50,694 nt of DNA, taken from assembly GCF_006345805.1 (NCBI RefSeq), contig NW_021826214.1, positions 1 through 50,694 of the forward strand. The letters are read 5' to 3'. Shown piece by piece: positions 36,291 through 49,135 of this stretch. Numbering within the stretch: position 1 is the stretch's first letter; each line of letters begins with the position of its first letter. A model generated the notes under the pieces. The model had not been told where the DNA came from, ran no database searches, and worked only from the letters and a program-made list of their open reading frames with translations. The translations under genes and the position numbers were made by a program. Origin of the DNA: Octopus sinensis. Taxonomy: Eukaryota.

Positions 36291-36520
36291 CCATACATAA
36301 ATGGAAAGTTTACGAAAATAAACAAAAGACGAAGGCAGGTGGAGTACAAACAAACAAATGTATTAGTATAGCACTCAGGAACAGAAAAATATTTTACGTT
36401 TCGAGCCTACGCTCTTCTACAGAAAGGAACACAGAAAAAACAAGGAGAGAGACAAGAGAGAAAAAAGGAGAGAAAAAGGAGAGAAAATGCGTGTAGGTGC
36501 TAACGATCTATCATGGCGTC
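36291..36520 (-). mobile_element. Second pLTR-type unit with a degenerate HHR-like core, flanked by (TA)n
   Basis: Minus strand 36392-36426 reads TTT-CTGTAGA-A-GAGC-GTAG-GCTC-GAAAC-GTA-AAA. Confidence 0.55.
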
Positions 36521-36523
36521 CTA

Positions 36524-36597
<74 letters not shown>

Positions 36598-36601
<4 letters not shown>

Positions 36602-36749
36602 CGCAGTATGAGTGGCTGTTTGGTAAGAAGCTTGCTTCCCAACCACTTGGTTCCGGGTTCAGTCCCACTGTGTGAGACCTTGGGCAAGTGTCTTTCACTA
36701 TAGCCTCGGCCGACCAAAGCCATGCGAGTGGATTTGGTAGACGGAAACT
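36598..36749 (+). mobile_element. SINE family B 5' half
   Basis: Head and core match. Confidence 0.85.
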
Positions 36750-36844
36750 CGGCTGCGAGTCAATGGGCAGAGAAAACAAAATGCAACTAAACGAGGAAAA
36801 ATTTGAGCTGATGCACTCTCTGAGTGCTCTTGTTATTATTGTTG

Positions 36845-36902
<58 letters not shown>

Positions 36903-36912
36903 CATTATTATT

Positions 36913-37469
36913 ATTTTTTTTTTCTTCTTCTTTCAAATTTGCTTCCATTTCTTGCCGAGTGTCTTCCCGACTCCTAGGGCAAAGAAACTCATAGTATACA
37001 TTGGTAGGCCATTAAACTAACTAGTTCGTTCTTTTTTTTTTAAGTTAAATTAAAATACATGGGTAGTAATAGTTCTCACAGCGACAATGCTCTTCTCAAT
37101 ACGTGTGATGTACCAGTTAAGACAATCTTTTGCACTTCTTGCAGGGATGGTAAGCCAGGGATCATTCTCATATAATTTTCGGTTCCCTTCTTGATCATTC
37201 CTAGTGCTCCTACGATCACTGGTATTGTAACCGCCTTGAGATGCCATATTTTCTCAATTTCATTGAGCAGGTCTTTATATTTTCTGAGCTTGTCAAACTC
37301 TTTCGCCGAGATATTATGATCACAGGGGATGCTCATGTCGATCAATAAGCAAACTTTATTGTTTTGGTCTTTCACAACAATATCCGGTTTATTGGCTTTG
37401 ATGGTTCGGTCTGTATGTACTGGAAAGTCCCACAGAATCGTTACATTTTAGTCCCACAGAATCGTTACC

Positions 37470-37470
<1 letters not shown>
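36913..37470 (-). mobile_element. 5'-truncated R4/Dong-like retrotransposon, second family (RLE and 3'UTR), embedded in (TAA)n
   Basis: VTILWDFPVHTDRTIKANKPDIVVKDQNNKVCLLIDMSIP...DKLRKYKDL...QKIVLTGTSHVLRRALSL*; (TAA)n on both flanks. Confidence 0.9.
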
Positions 37471-37512
<42 letters not shown>

Positions 37513-38103
37513 GATTCTCGTGCTGGGAAGACGTCTTTTTGGGGTTCCTTCTTGAAACGATGTTTCATTGCAAGCCACACCCAATGGAATCTTTCTGTGG
37601 AATACTCGCAGAAAGAACCTCAAGTGCTTAGAGAAGGGACCACCCTCAACACCACCACCCTCGACACCGCCACCATCGGCACAACAACCACAACATCAAC
37701 AACAGGATAATTTCAAAAGCCACACAAGGAATGAACATTTGCCAGAATCTTTGAGAAGACTGGACAGAGATTTTCCTTGAGACTGATACCAAAAACAAAT
37801 GGCGGTACAATTAACAATTAATTAATTAATTAGTAATAGAAAATCACAATCATTAACCCTTCACATAAGTCTGTTGAAACGCGTCCTAAATCTTCGTTTC
37901 CGGAAGGAAAAAAAAAATTAGCCCCAAAGAATACCTAATTTCCTCTTAATTTGGACTCTTCATTGATTTATTTATTTATTAAGACTTCAAGGTCTTCGTT
38001 GGTGACATGTTTGGCAGAGGCCAATGCTTCGGTTGCTGACATTAGGGGAGAGGATGGGCTTGCACGAGCTGCAAAAACAGCAACAGCAACAACAATAATA
38101 ATA

Positions 38104-38150
38104 ATTTTACCCCAGTGTCACTTTAATGGCATGCACTGCTCTCTCACTCA
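38104..38150 (+). mobile_element. Family E 3'-terminal 47-bp fragment in (TAA)n
   Basis: ATTTTACCCCAGTGTCACTTTAATGGCATGCACTGCTCTCTCACTCA followed by (ATA)n. Confidence 0.8.
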
Positions 38151-38463
38151 ATAATAATAATAATAATAATAATGATGATGATGATGATGATGACGACTAC
38201 GACGACGACGACGATGATGATGATGATGATGATGATGATGACGACTACGACGACGACGATGATGATGATGATGATGACGATGATGATGACGATGATGATG
38301 ATGATGATGACGATGATGATGACGATGATGATGATGATGATGATGATGCTGATGACGACGATGATGATGATGATGATGACGATACGATGATGATGATGAT
38401 GATGATGATGATGACAACGACGACGACGACGATGATGATGATGATGACGATGATGATGATGAC

Positions 38464-38494
<31 letters not shown>

Positions 38495-38708
38495 TAGTGG
38501 TGGTGGTGGTTATGGTGGCGACGGCGGCGTTGATGGAGGAGGAGAAGAAGAAGGAGAAGAAGAGAAGAAGAGAAGAAGAAGAAGAGAAGAAGAAGAAGAA
38601 GAAGAAAGAGAAAAAGAAGAAGAAAGAGAAAAAGAAGAAGAAGAAGAAGAAGAAGAAGAAGAAGGGCAGATTCTAGGAAACAGGAAAGAAAGACATAGGG
38701 AGAAAGGA

Positions 38709-38747
<39 letters not shown>

Positions 38748-38760
38748 AAGAGAGGTGGTG
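38151..38760 (+). repeat. Compound (AAT)/(GAT)/(GAC)/(GAA)/(GA) microsatellites
   Basis: Direct inspection. Confidence 0.95.
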
Positions 38761-39619
38761 GTGGTGGTGGTGGTGGGTAGGTATTGATCATGTGGTAAAA
38801 GTTTATTTCTGGGGCTTCAGAAATAAGAGACGTTTTCTTGTAAGACATCCGCCATTCCTTAATCTGATGGAGATTTTTGGGGAGAAGGCTTGGCGGGGAA
38901 GAAATGGCGGTGATGATGATGATGTTGGTTGTGGAGGTGGTGATGGCTGTGATGGTGATGATGGTCACGAGCATCGTCGTAATCATCATCATCATTGTCA
39001 TCGTCGTCGACGGTTTCCTCATGGTTGCCGCCGCCATTATCGTCGTCTTCATCGCTGGCTCGAACAGCCTCATCTTCATCGTCGCTGTTGTCATCGGTGT
39101 TCTTGTCACAACCCCCACCATCATCATCAACATCATCAACATCCTCATCATCGTCGTTATCATCATCATCACCATCACCATCATCATCGTCGTCTTCTGC
39201 GCCTATATATCTGTCTGTCTATCTATCGATCTATCTTTTTATTTAGCTCGTAAATCGCGTTCGACAACAAAAGTGATTGGCCTCAACATCGTTGGAAACA
39301 GAAGACCATATTTAATGAATTATAGAGTTACAGAGGCTCACGTACAGGACTTGATGTTTCAACAATGCGGAGATCGTTGACACTGAAACACTAAGTCCTG
39401 TATGTGAGTCTTATAACTGAATCGCTTAATACATTTATACACACACACACATACACATACATACATACATACATACATACATACATACATACATACATAC
39501 ATACATACATACATACATACACACATACACACATATGTGACGTAGAGATTCTATCCGACATTCTAACGACCCAGCCAATTCTAATTCTTTTAATAAAAAC
39601 GAAGGACAAGTTACTTAAT

Positions 39620-39834
39620 GTTCTTTTCTACTATAGGCACAAGGCCTGAAATTTGAGGGAGAGGGATAATCGATTTCATCGACTCCAGTGCGTAACTGGT
39701 ACTTATTTCATCGACCCCGAAATGATGAAAGGCAAAGTTGACCTCGGCGGAATTTGAACTCAGAACGTAGCGACGGGCGAAAATACCGCAAAGCATTTCG
39801 TCCAGCGTGCTAACGATTCTGCCAGCTCGCCACC
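39620..39834 (-). mobile_element. SINE family A (alternative-tail form)
   Basis: Reverse-complement match including the GGCCTTGTGCCTATAGTAGAAAAG tail. Confidence 0.9.
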
Positions 39835-41310
39835 TTCAGGTTACTTAATATTGACCGAAATATATATAGGCGTAAAAGGCGGGGTGTTCAAAGTTGGAAT
39901 CCCTTTAGTCACAGATCTATAAGTTAGGAATTGAATCGTTTGGAATGAAAGAAACATTGGACAATATCATAATCGTAGATTCAATATATCTGGAGGAAAA
40001 TGTCGGGATGGCCACACCTGGAACGCTTTTCATCATAGGTCTGCTGGAACAGGGACTGTCTGGGGCTAAACACAATAGCAGAGCGGACGATTACAGTGGA
40101 TAATGTAGTCCAGGATAGGCTATGAATCCGTTGCTCCCAAAAGGCCGCAGTCCATGGACCGAATATATCTGGGTATGAGACGTGGTGGTCGTGACTGGAA
40201 CGTATGTGATTGTGGGTCTGTTTGAACGGAACTGTCTTGGCGTTCACTGATCCGTAACAACGTCAGTAAGTAAATGAAATACATCAGTGACAACATCAGC
40301 AACATTCACATGTAGGACATCGGCGTCGCTAACATCGCCACCACCACCACCACTTTCCTTATTGTTATCATCACCGTTGATCAGCATTAACGGCGTCGCC
40401 ACCATCATCGATGTCATCATCATCGTCATCGTCGTTCGTGTCATAACCATTGTCATCATCCCCACCACCAACACCACCACCAACACCAACACCACCGCCG
40501 CCGCCGCCGCCACCACTATTACCATCACTGCCATCATCATCATCACCATCATCAATCATCAATCATCATCAATCATAAATCACCAATCATCAATCATCAT
40601 CATCATCATCATCAATCATCACTACCATCCTCAATCACCATCAATCATCAATCATCATCATCATCATCATCATCAATCATCATCCATCATCAATCATCAA
40701 TCATAATCAATCATCATTATCATCGTCATCAATCATCACTACCATCATAATCATCAATCATCAATCATCATCATCAATCATCATCAATCATCATCACCAC
40801 CACCATCATCATCATCATCATCATAATCATCATCAATCATCATCATCATTGTCATTATCGTCACCATCGTCATCACCATTGCCAAAACGACCGGAACAAG
40901 AATAGCAGCTGCAGAAACCACAGCATCAACAACAACAACAACAACATGACCAACTAAAAACCACAATAAGGATAACAACAACAACAACAACAACAAAAAC
41001 GACAATAACAACAACAAGGGTAACATCACCAACAGCGACAACATCTCTCCAGAAAGTTCTGACCCAGAATTCATTTCCGGTCCCAGATTATCTCTATATT
41101 TAAACGTTTGTTTGTTATCCAAGACTTATAAATAGATCTCTGCCTCCTCCTCCCCCACAATCCTTTTTTTTTATTTTCTTTTGCTTCTTTTACTTCTTTA
41201 TTTCTTCAGAATAATCTGATTACCGAGTCCCAAGACTTTTGTTGCGATTCCTTTTGAAGATTTCGGTAAACAAAATTGTATAAAGGAAATTACATTTGTA
41301 TTTCTTCTAT

Positions 41311-41495
41311 AGGCGCAGGAGTGGCTGTGTGGCATGCAGCTTGCTTACAAACCACATGGTTCCGGGTTCAGTCCCACTGCATGGCACCTTGTGTAAGTGT
41401 CTTCTACTATAGCCTCGGGCCGACCAAAGTCTTGTGAGTGGATTTGGTAAACGGAAACTGAAAGAAGCCCGTCGTATATATGTGTATATATATAT

Positions 41496-41556
<61 letters not shown>

Positions 41557-41779
41557 GTTTGTGCGTCTCTGTTTGTGTCCCCCCCCCACACACACACACA
41601 CCATCGCTTGGCAACCGATGCTGATGTGTTTACGTCCCCGTAACTTAGCGGTTCGGCAAAAAGAGGCCGATAGAATAAGTACTCGGCTTACAAAGAATAG
41701 AGTCCTGGTGTCGACTTGCTCGACTAAAAGCGGTGCTCCAGCATGGCCACAGTCAAATGATTGAAACAAGTAAAAGAGT
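41311..41779 (+). mobile_element. SINE family B full length
   Basis: Complete match. Confidence 0.92.
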
Positions 41780-41829
41780 ATCTAATTCGACATTATGAGA
41801 AAAAATACATTAAAAGGAACTAAAATTAT

Positions 41830-41881
41830 TGCTATTATTATTATTATTATTATATTATTATTATTATTATTATTATTATTC

Positions 41882-41946
<65 letters not shown>

Positions 41947-41964
41947 TATTATTATTATTATTAC

Positions 41965-42000
<36 letters not shown>

Positions 42001-42032
42001 ATTACTATTATTATTATTATTATTATTAATTA

Positions 42033-42067
<35 letters not shown>

Positions 42068-42130
42068 GTTATATTATTATTATTATTATTTATTATTATT
42101 ATTACTATTATTATTATACTATTATTATTA

Positions 42131-42163
<33 letters not shown>

Positions 42164-42266
42164 GATTATTATTATTATTATTATTATATTACTATTATTA
42201 TTATATTATTATTATTATTATTATATATTATTATTATTATTATTATTATTCTTATTATTATTATTA

Positions 42267-42297
<31 letters not shown>

Positions 42298-42346
42298 ATT
42301 ATTATTATTATTATTATTACTAATTATTATTATTATTACTATTATT

Positions 42347-42378
<32 letters not shown>

Positions 42379-42571
42379 GATTATTATTATTATTATTATT
42401 ATTATTCTTATTATTATTATTATTATTATTATTTATTATTATTATTTTATTATTATTATTATTACTATTATTATTATTATTATTATATATTATTATATTA
42501 TTATTATTATATTATTATTATTATTCTTATTATTATTATTAATTATTATTATTATATTATTACTATTATTA

Positions 42572-42637
<66 letters not shown>
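41830..42637 (+). repeat. About 800-bp (TTA)n array forming the 3' tail of the adjacent family E copy
   Basis: Direct inspection; contiguous with 42638. Confidence 0.95.
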
Positions 42638-42638
<1 letters not shown>

Positions 42639-43103
42639 GAGTGAGAGAGCAGTGCATGCCATCAAAGTGACACTGGGGTAAAATATATGAAGCCCAGTAT
42701 ACCCATCATGACTACCCGTCCGAATTAGGGTACACCAAGCACATGCATCACAACCATGTGTATGCAACATGGTGATTCATATCAAGATAAACAGCGCATG
42801 ACCTTGCAGGTGGGGCCCAGTTGAGAATTTTCTTCAACTCGAGTAGACTTTTAAGCTGAAAAGCTCCATGGATAATGTTTGTTTAAGGATGACGAATGAA
42901 ACACCCATGTTTCCAGAAGTTAATTATTCAAACCCCAAAGAATCCCTTTCAACACATGACTATGATGCTCCCCCGTTACTTCTAATCGTCATCAGAGACG
43001 CACATACATTCTGCCACTAAGGGACATGCTCAACTTGTTAAATTCAAGCAACTGACAAGCAAATCAGTGGTTTTGAGCAGAATATTTGCTGTGGCCCATC
43101 TTT
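42638..43103 (-). mobile_element. Family E element, apparently full length
   Basis: Matches 17426-17886 with a shared 5' boundary. Confidence 0.85.
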
Positions 43104-43213
43104 TACTCCAAGGTAAAACACGTACATGATAACACTTCCAATCAGTTAAGATCTATTTTTATATTTTTATTTTTAAAACTATTGTATGTATGTATGAAAG
43201 TATGTATGTTATG

Positions 43214-43283
<70 letters not shown>

Positions 43284-43329
43284 CGTATGTGCGTGTATGT
43301 ACACATGTGTGTGTGTATGTATCTATGTA

Positions 43330-43560
43330 TGTGTGTGTCTGTGTCTGTTTGTCTCCCTACAACCGCTTGAAAACCGGTATTGGTGTGTTTACGTTCTTGC
43401 AACTTAGTGGTTCGGTAAAAAAAAAAAGACATAGAATAAGAACCAAACTCAAAACAGAATAAATACGGGGGAAGGGGGTCGACTCATTTTTCAAAGCTGT
43501 GCCCCAGCATGGCCGCAGTCTAATGACTGAAACAAATAAAAATAAATAAAAGATAATAAA
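43330..43560 (+). mobile_element. SINE family B 3' half
   Basis: Body and tail match. Confidence 0.8.
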
Positions 43561-44895
43561 CGAAAGACAGGTAGGTCAATAATCCGTCACAGAAATTCTT
43601 GGAATTCTTAAAATTATGTTTGCCTTGGCTTAAGGCGGGGTGGGGGGCGGGGATGAGAAACCGAGTCCACGTGATTTCGATATGAACTCCTTAACTATGT
43701 GGGACACTCCTAATTCATTCCTTACGATTTTAGTTCGTGTTTTTTTTTTGCTTTTTGGGGTGGGTGGGAAATGAAGTGGAAGAAAGGGGGAAATTTTTTT
43801 CTCTTTCCCTACCATTCCTTTGCTTACCATTAAGATGGTTGGTTGCGTACCATACCACCACCACAACAAACACCACTAACAACAGCAACAACAACAACAA
43901 CAACAGCAAGCAACAGCATCACCACTCGAACACCACCAACAACACCATCACTACAACCACTGCCACCATTACCAACACGACCATCAACAACAAAACCGTT
44001 AAGACCACCAGCATCATCATCACCACCACCACCAACAGCATCTTTAACACAGACCGATGAGAATCACGTCTGATCCACCCCCTAATGTCGGGCTGTCGCG
44101 TGAACCCCCATCCCTGGATGTTGTGTCGTTTTTAGCTTTTGTGCTGCTAAAAATATCTTCATCAAAACAAACCATAAAAGATGCGAACTTTTAAAATAAC
44201 CTTCAGAAGCCTTAGTGTGTTATTTCCTTGATTCAAACGCGAATGAAACCTCGAACTTTCTAGAGCATTTCTTGACAGCAACTTATAAGAACTGGGGGAC
44301 ATAACACTCAACTCGGTCTCAACTGCACGTTGTGAAAACAAGTTTTATCTCAAGTAAGTGATTCAAAGTTATTTTAAATATTTTAATATTTTTTGTAATA
44401 TTTTATTGAAAGCAGACAAACGAAAACATGAACATCGTACAAGTTTTGTTTTTTGACTCCAACTTGTTAAAATGGCGGATATACAAGTCACCACAAATAA
44501 TACACAATTCGACCCAAGCTGCACGTTGTAAATACAGTGAAATCTCTCTGCTTCTTAAGTAATTTCAAGATAGTTTTTTTTATATTTTCGTAACGCATTA
44601 TTGAAAGCATCCACTTGATAGAGTCGTTAATAGCGTCGGATAATTTACTTTGTAGTTATTGTTCCACAGTTTTTTGATCTAAGCTCAAATCCTGATGAAG
44701 TTAACTTCACATTTTTCCCATTCGCAGTTGACAAATGAAGTATTCATCTTGTACTAGAGTTAGTTCTTCTCTTTCGCCCTGTTTTTGGGGGTTTTTTTCT
44801 CTCTTCTGCACAAAATATCAGCTGGAGTAATACCTGAAAACTTTTAGGCACCATCAGATCTAAAAATCCTCAATGTACGTCGTATATCATATATA

Positions 44896-45127
44896 TATTT
44901 CTTTACTACCCACAAGGGGCTAAACATAGGGGGGACAAACAAAGACAGACAAAGGTATTAAATCGATTACATCGACTCCAGTGCGTAACTGGTACTTTAT
45001 TTATCAACCCAGGAAGGATAAAAGCCAAAGTCGACCTCGGCGGAATTTGAACTCAGAACGTAACGGCAGACGAAATACGGCTACGCACTTCGCCCGGCGT
45101 GCTAACGTATCTGCCAGCTCGCCGCCC
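44896..45127 (-). mobile_element. SINE family A full length with a 22-bp TSD
   Basis: TGTACGTCGTATATCATATATA at 44874-44895 and 45128-45149. Confidence 0.93.
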
Positions 45128-45747
45128 TGTACGTCGTATATCATATATAACGACAACGCTACCATCCCATCAAGGGTTTAAGGCCCCAAGTCAGGACAAT
45201 GTCTGATATATTTTAGTATCTAATATATTTTGACATTGATGTCTAATATATTTCACGACTTAATCCATAAATGACCAGCACTTCGCACCCTTTTTTTCGT
45301 AGACCTTCTGAGACTGGGGGAGTCAGGGAGTAAATTATCTTCCAAGTGGGCACCTGGGCCGATTGCTTGCAACGCAGTCGTTTCCTCAAAAGACTCTTTG
45401 CGGTCGGGTGATGGCATTAAACCGAGAAGAAGATTAAGTCCGCTACAAAAGGCCATTACATTTTTCTGGTTGAGAGCAATCGCAAACATCAACCCCAGTA
45501 TTAAACTGGTATTTATTTTACAGCGATCTGCAATATATTAATAAAGATATTATTATTTTTTTAAGTTAGATGGAAAGTATTTTGTGTTCCGCTTCATAAA
45601 TATTCTTATGGGGTTTATTTCGGTTTATGTTACCGTTTCGCCTCTTTCATAGCCAGGGTCGTTTGGTTCTTTTAATGTATTTTGTCAGTGGTTTGTTATC
45701 AGTGGATGTTGTGACGTATTATCTGTCTGTCAGTCGGTCTGTCCCTT

Positions 45748-45779
<32 letters not shown>

Positions 45780-45839
45780 ATATATAATATATATATATAT
45801 ATATATAGATATATAGATTATTATATATATATTATATAT

Positions 45840-45900
<61 letters not shown>

Positions 45901-45995
45901 AATATATAAATTCTAGCAAAAACTGTCTGATGAACGGCAACGAGAACTCAGAGTAACAGATTTGGTTGAATTTTCTGCTGCTTAAAATAAAGTAT

Positions 45996-46031
<36 letters not shown>

Positions 46032-46724
46032 ATTATATATATATATATATATAAGATTAATCAGCCGAAATTGCGAAGATGATCCGTTCTTGACTGAAGA
46101 TTGAAGGCTTCGAATGTCCCGTCCTTGTTTTAGTATCGTCTTCTAAATGTTTCACGTTCTTGTCCCAGTTTGTATTTTTCTACATATAATAATAATAATA
46201 TATATATATATATATATATATCTTGGTTTGTTGCCTTCTTGATTTACAGTTTTCCAGTCAAGCGTTACATCGTGTAGAGAAAGGTGGGGAAAAGAGAGAA
46301 GGGGAGGCAGAGGGAGAGAGGGAGAGAGAATAAAAGAGACATACAGAGAGAGATAACTTAAGGGGTACTGAACGAATGCTTGGTGGCAGGCAATGGGTAA
46401 AAGTATGCTACAACGCTCTGAGAGAGAAAATCACAAGGGAGGAAGAAGAGGTGGAGGAAGCGATGGCAGTGGCGGCGGTGGTGGCGGCGGAGGAGGAGGA
46501 GGAGGAGTGAAGTTATGGGAAGAGTTATGGATATGAGAAGCTTGTTTTATTTAATATTTTAAGGCAATAAATATTTTAGTTTTGAAAATTAGGGTCCATT
46601 TTATCATTTTGTACAACCACAAATTAAATTTGATAAAAGTTTAAGCTATAGTTATCATATCATAGAGAGAGGGAGAAAGAGAGATAGAGAGAAAGATTAT
46701 TTTTTATTCTTATTTATACGTATA

Positions 46725-47106
46725 CTAGCAGTATCACCCGGCGTTGCTCCGGTTTGTAAGGGAAATAACTATAAAGCATTTTTAGAGAGTTATAGCCAAA
46801 AAATAAGCAAAAAAATGGGAAAAAAATGATGGTAAATTTTTTGAGAGTTAAAAAGGTCGAGTTGCGTCCCCTAGATAGTCTGTGGTTTGTGTTTCTGATT
46901 TTCGACCCCATGTCGAATTTATCGATTTTTTCAGAACTGGGGGAACTTTTCAAAATTTTCGCTGCGTTAGTTTTGAATTATGACATTGGGCTATGTGTGT
47001 GTCAAGTTTCATCAGAATCGGTTGAAAGCCGTGGTCAGGGTGAGGGTACAAGCAAACAGACACACAGACACGCAGACAGACAAACTGCCGTTTATATATA
47101 GAGAGA
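46725..47106 (-). mobile_element. Non-autonomous Helitron, copy 2
   Basis: On the minus strand: A|TCTCTCTATATATAAA ... CCGGAGCAACGCCGG hairpin ... GATACTGCTAG|T; internal (GACA)n near the 5' end. Confidence 0.8.
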
Positions 47107-47109
47107 TAT

Positions 47110-47290
47110 GTATGTATGTATGTATGTGTCTGTTTGCCCACCAACGCCACCACTAGTTGATTACTAGCATTGGTTTGATTTCGTCCCTGTAACTTAGCGG
47201 TACGGCAAAATAGTTGATAGAATAACTTACGAGACTTTAAAAGCCAAGTACTGACTGCAGAGAAATGACGGAAACAAGTAAAAGAGTAAA
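47110..47290 (+). mobile_element. SINE family B 3' half (degenerate)
   Basis: Body and tail match. Confidence 0.72.
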
Positions 47291-47312
47291 GTAGCATGTA
47301 TTTATAAAGAAT

Positions 47313-47790
47313 GTGTGGTGTGTGTGTGTGTGTGTGGGTGGGTGTGTGGGTGTGTGGGTGTGTGGGTGTGATTGCGCCAAGATCCCTCCTTCCACATGTA
47401 TGTGTGAGTGTGCGTGCGTGTGTGTGTGCATGCGTGTGTGCATGCATGCGTGTATGTGCGTGCGTGTGTGTATTGTATGTGTGAGTGTGTGCATGCGTGC
47501 ATGCGTGCGTGTGTGTGTGCGGGTGTGTGCGCGCGCATGTGCGTGTGTGTGCGTATGTGTGTGTGTGCGCATGTGTGTGTGCGTACGCGCGTGTGTGTGT
47601 ACGTGTGTTTGCGTGAGTGTGTGTGTGCGTGTATGTGTTTGTGCCTGCATGTGTGTGCATGTGTGCATGTGTGTGCGTATGTGTGTATGTGCGTGCGTGC
47701 GTGTGTGCATGCGTGCGTATGTGTGTGTACGCGCACGTGCGTGCGTGCATATGTGTGTGTGTGTGCGTGCGTGCGGTGCCTGCGTGTGTG
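47313..47790 (+). repeat. Alternating purine-pyrimidine (TG/CG/TA) array
   Basis: Direct inspection. Confidence 0.93.
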
Positions 47791-48228
47791 AAGTGACTCG
47801 ATGCAATACAATATTTGCTGAGATAATTCACTAAAGCAAAATAATATTCTCGGTTTGAACGAAAAAACAATAAACATAACTCGTTAGTATTTGCAGGAAA
47901 AACGAAATTTTAACCAAAACCAAAAAAAAAAAGGAATACTACAAACAGACAGAAACAAAGTATGTGAGAACAACAAAACTAAATGCTTTTTGAATACACA
48001 AACAAAAAAAATGAAAGAAAATTGCTAAAAGGGAAAGAAATAAAGGGAAGAAATGGGTGGAAGATAAACGTGGTTACGACAAAAAACTGGTCAATCAACG
48101 TCAGTTTCATTCGTTGTCGAAATTTGATTTGAAGTCTTGTATAACAATATTGTTATTCCATTTATTCTGACGTTCTTGTATTCTCTTATTCTGTTTTCTT
48201 TGACGTTTTTTTTAATCTTTTATATGAA

Positions 48229-48429
48229 ACTTGTTTCAGTGATTAGACTGCGGCCATGCTGGGTCACTGCCTTGGAGAATTTTTAGTCGAATGAATCTAC
48301 AGCAGTGCCTTTTTTTTTTTAATGCCTGGTACTTATTCTATCTTTTGCCGAACAGCTACATTACGGGATGGGGACGTAAACACACCAGCACCGGTTGTCA
48401 AGCGGTAGTGAGAAGCAAACATAGACATA

Positions 48430-48475
<46 letters not shown>

Positions 48476-48684
48476 TATGTATGTATATATATATAAATAT
48501 ATATGTATGTATGCATGTATGTATGTATGTACGATGGGCTTCTTACTGTTTCCGTCTGCCAAATCCACTCACAAGTCTTTGGTCGGCCCGAGGCTATAAT
48601 AGAAGACACTTGCCCAGGGTGCACACTGTAGGACTGAACTCTGAACCATGTGGTTGGGAAGCAAGCTGCTTACCACACAGCCAC
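48229..48684 (-). mobile_element. SINE family B near full length
   Basis: Reverse-complement match. Confidence 0.88.
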
Positions 48685-48750
48685 GATTCTTTTATAATTC
48701 TTCCTCTTTCCTTTACTCCGTTCTCTTCATTCTGTTGTTATTATTATTAT

Positions 48751-48782
<32 letters not shown>

Positions 48783-48794
48783 TTACTACTATTA

Positions 48795-48850
<56 letters not shown>

Positions 48851-48861
48851 TATTGTTATTA

Positions 48862-49041
48862 TTCAGTAGTTTTATTTTTATAGCGTGCTTTCACTTCACT
48901 ACCGAGCGCAGCTCTGTGTGCTGGGTATGTGCTGTGATTTGTTGTGATGCTCTGATGGTTTTGTATGGAAGGTGTTCTGCGTAGGATGTGTGCAGTGCCT
49001 AGTAGTGCAATTTTCTGTATGTTATATGTGTTTGTAAGTCC
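48862..49041 (-). mobile_element. R4/Dong-like 3' end (same family as 17946-18411) with a long flanking direct repeat
   Basis: Minus translation GLTNTYNIQKIALLGTAHILRRT; the 3'UTR is near-identical to 17946-18080; a 47-bp unique sequence is duplicated at 48693-48739 and 49042-49088. Confidence 0.87.
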
Positions 49042-49083
49042 TATAATTCTTCCTCTTTCCTTTACTCCGTTCTCTTCATTCTG

Positions 49084-49135
<52 letters not shown>

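Noticed and set aside
37568-37780. 70-aa Pro/Gln-rich ORF
   Set aside because: It starts at a non-ATG codon, has a low-complexity core and no splice or homology support.
39960-40260. Possible RTE-like C-terminal remnant (…ELSWRSLIR)
   Set aside because: Only a faint resemblance; it needs a TBLASTX/Dfam search.
46095-46135. CTGAAGA...TTCGAATGTCC hammerhead-like motif between TA arrays
   Set aside because: The GAAA core is missing; it may be a decayed pLTR but is not supportable.
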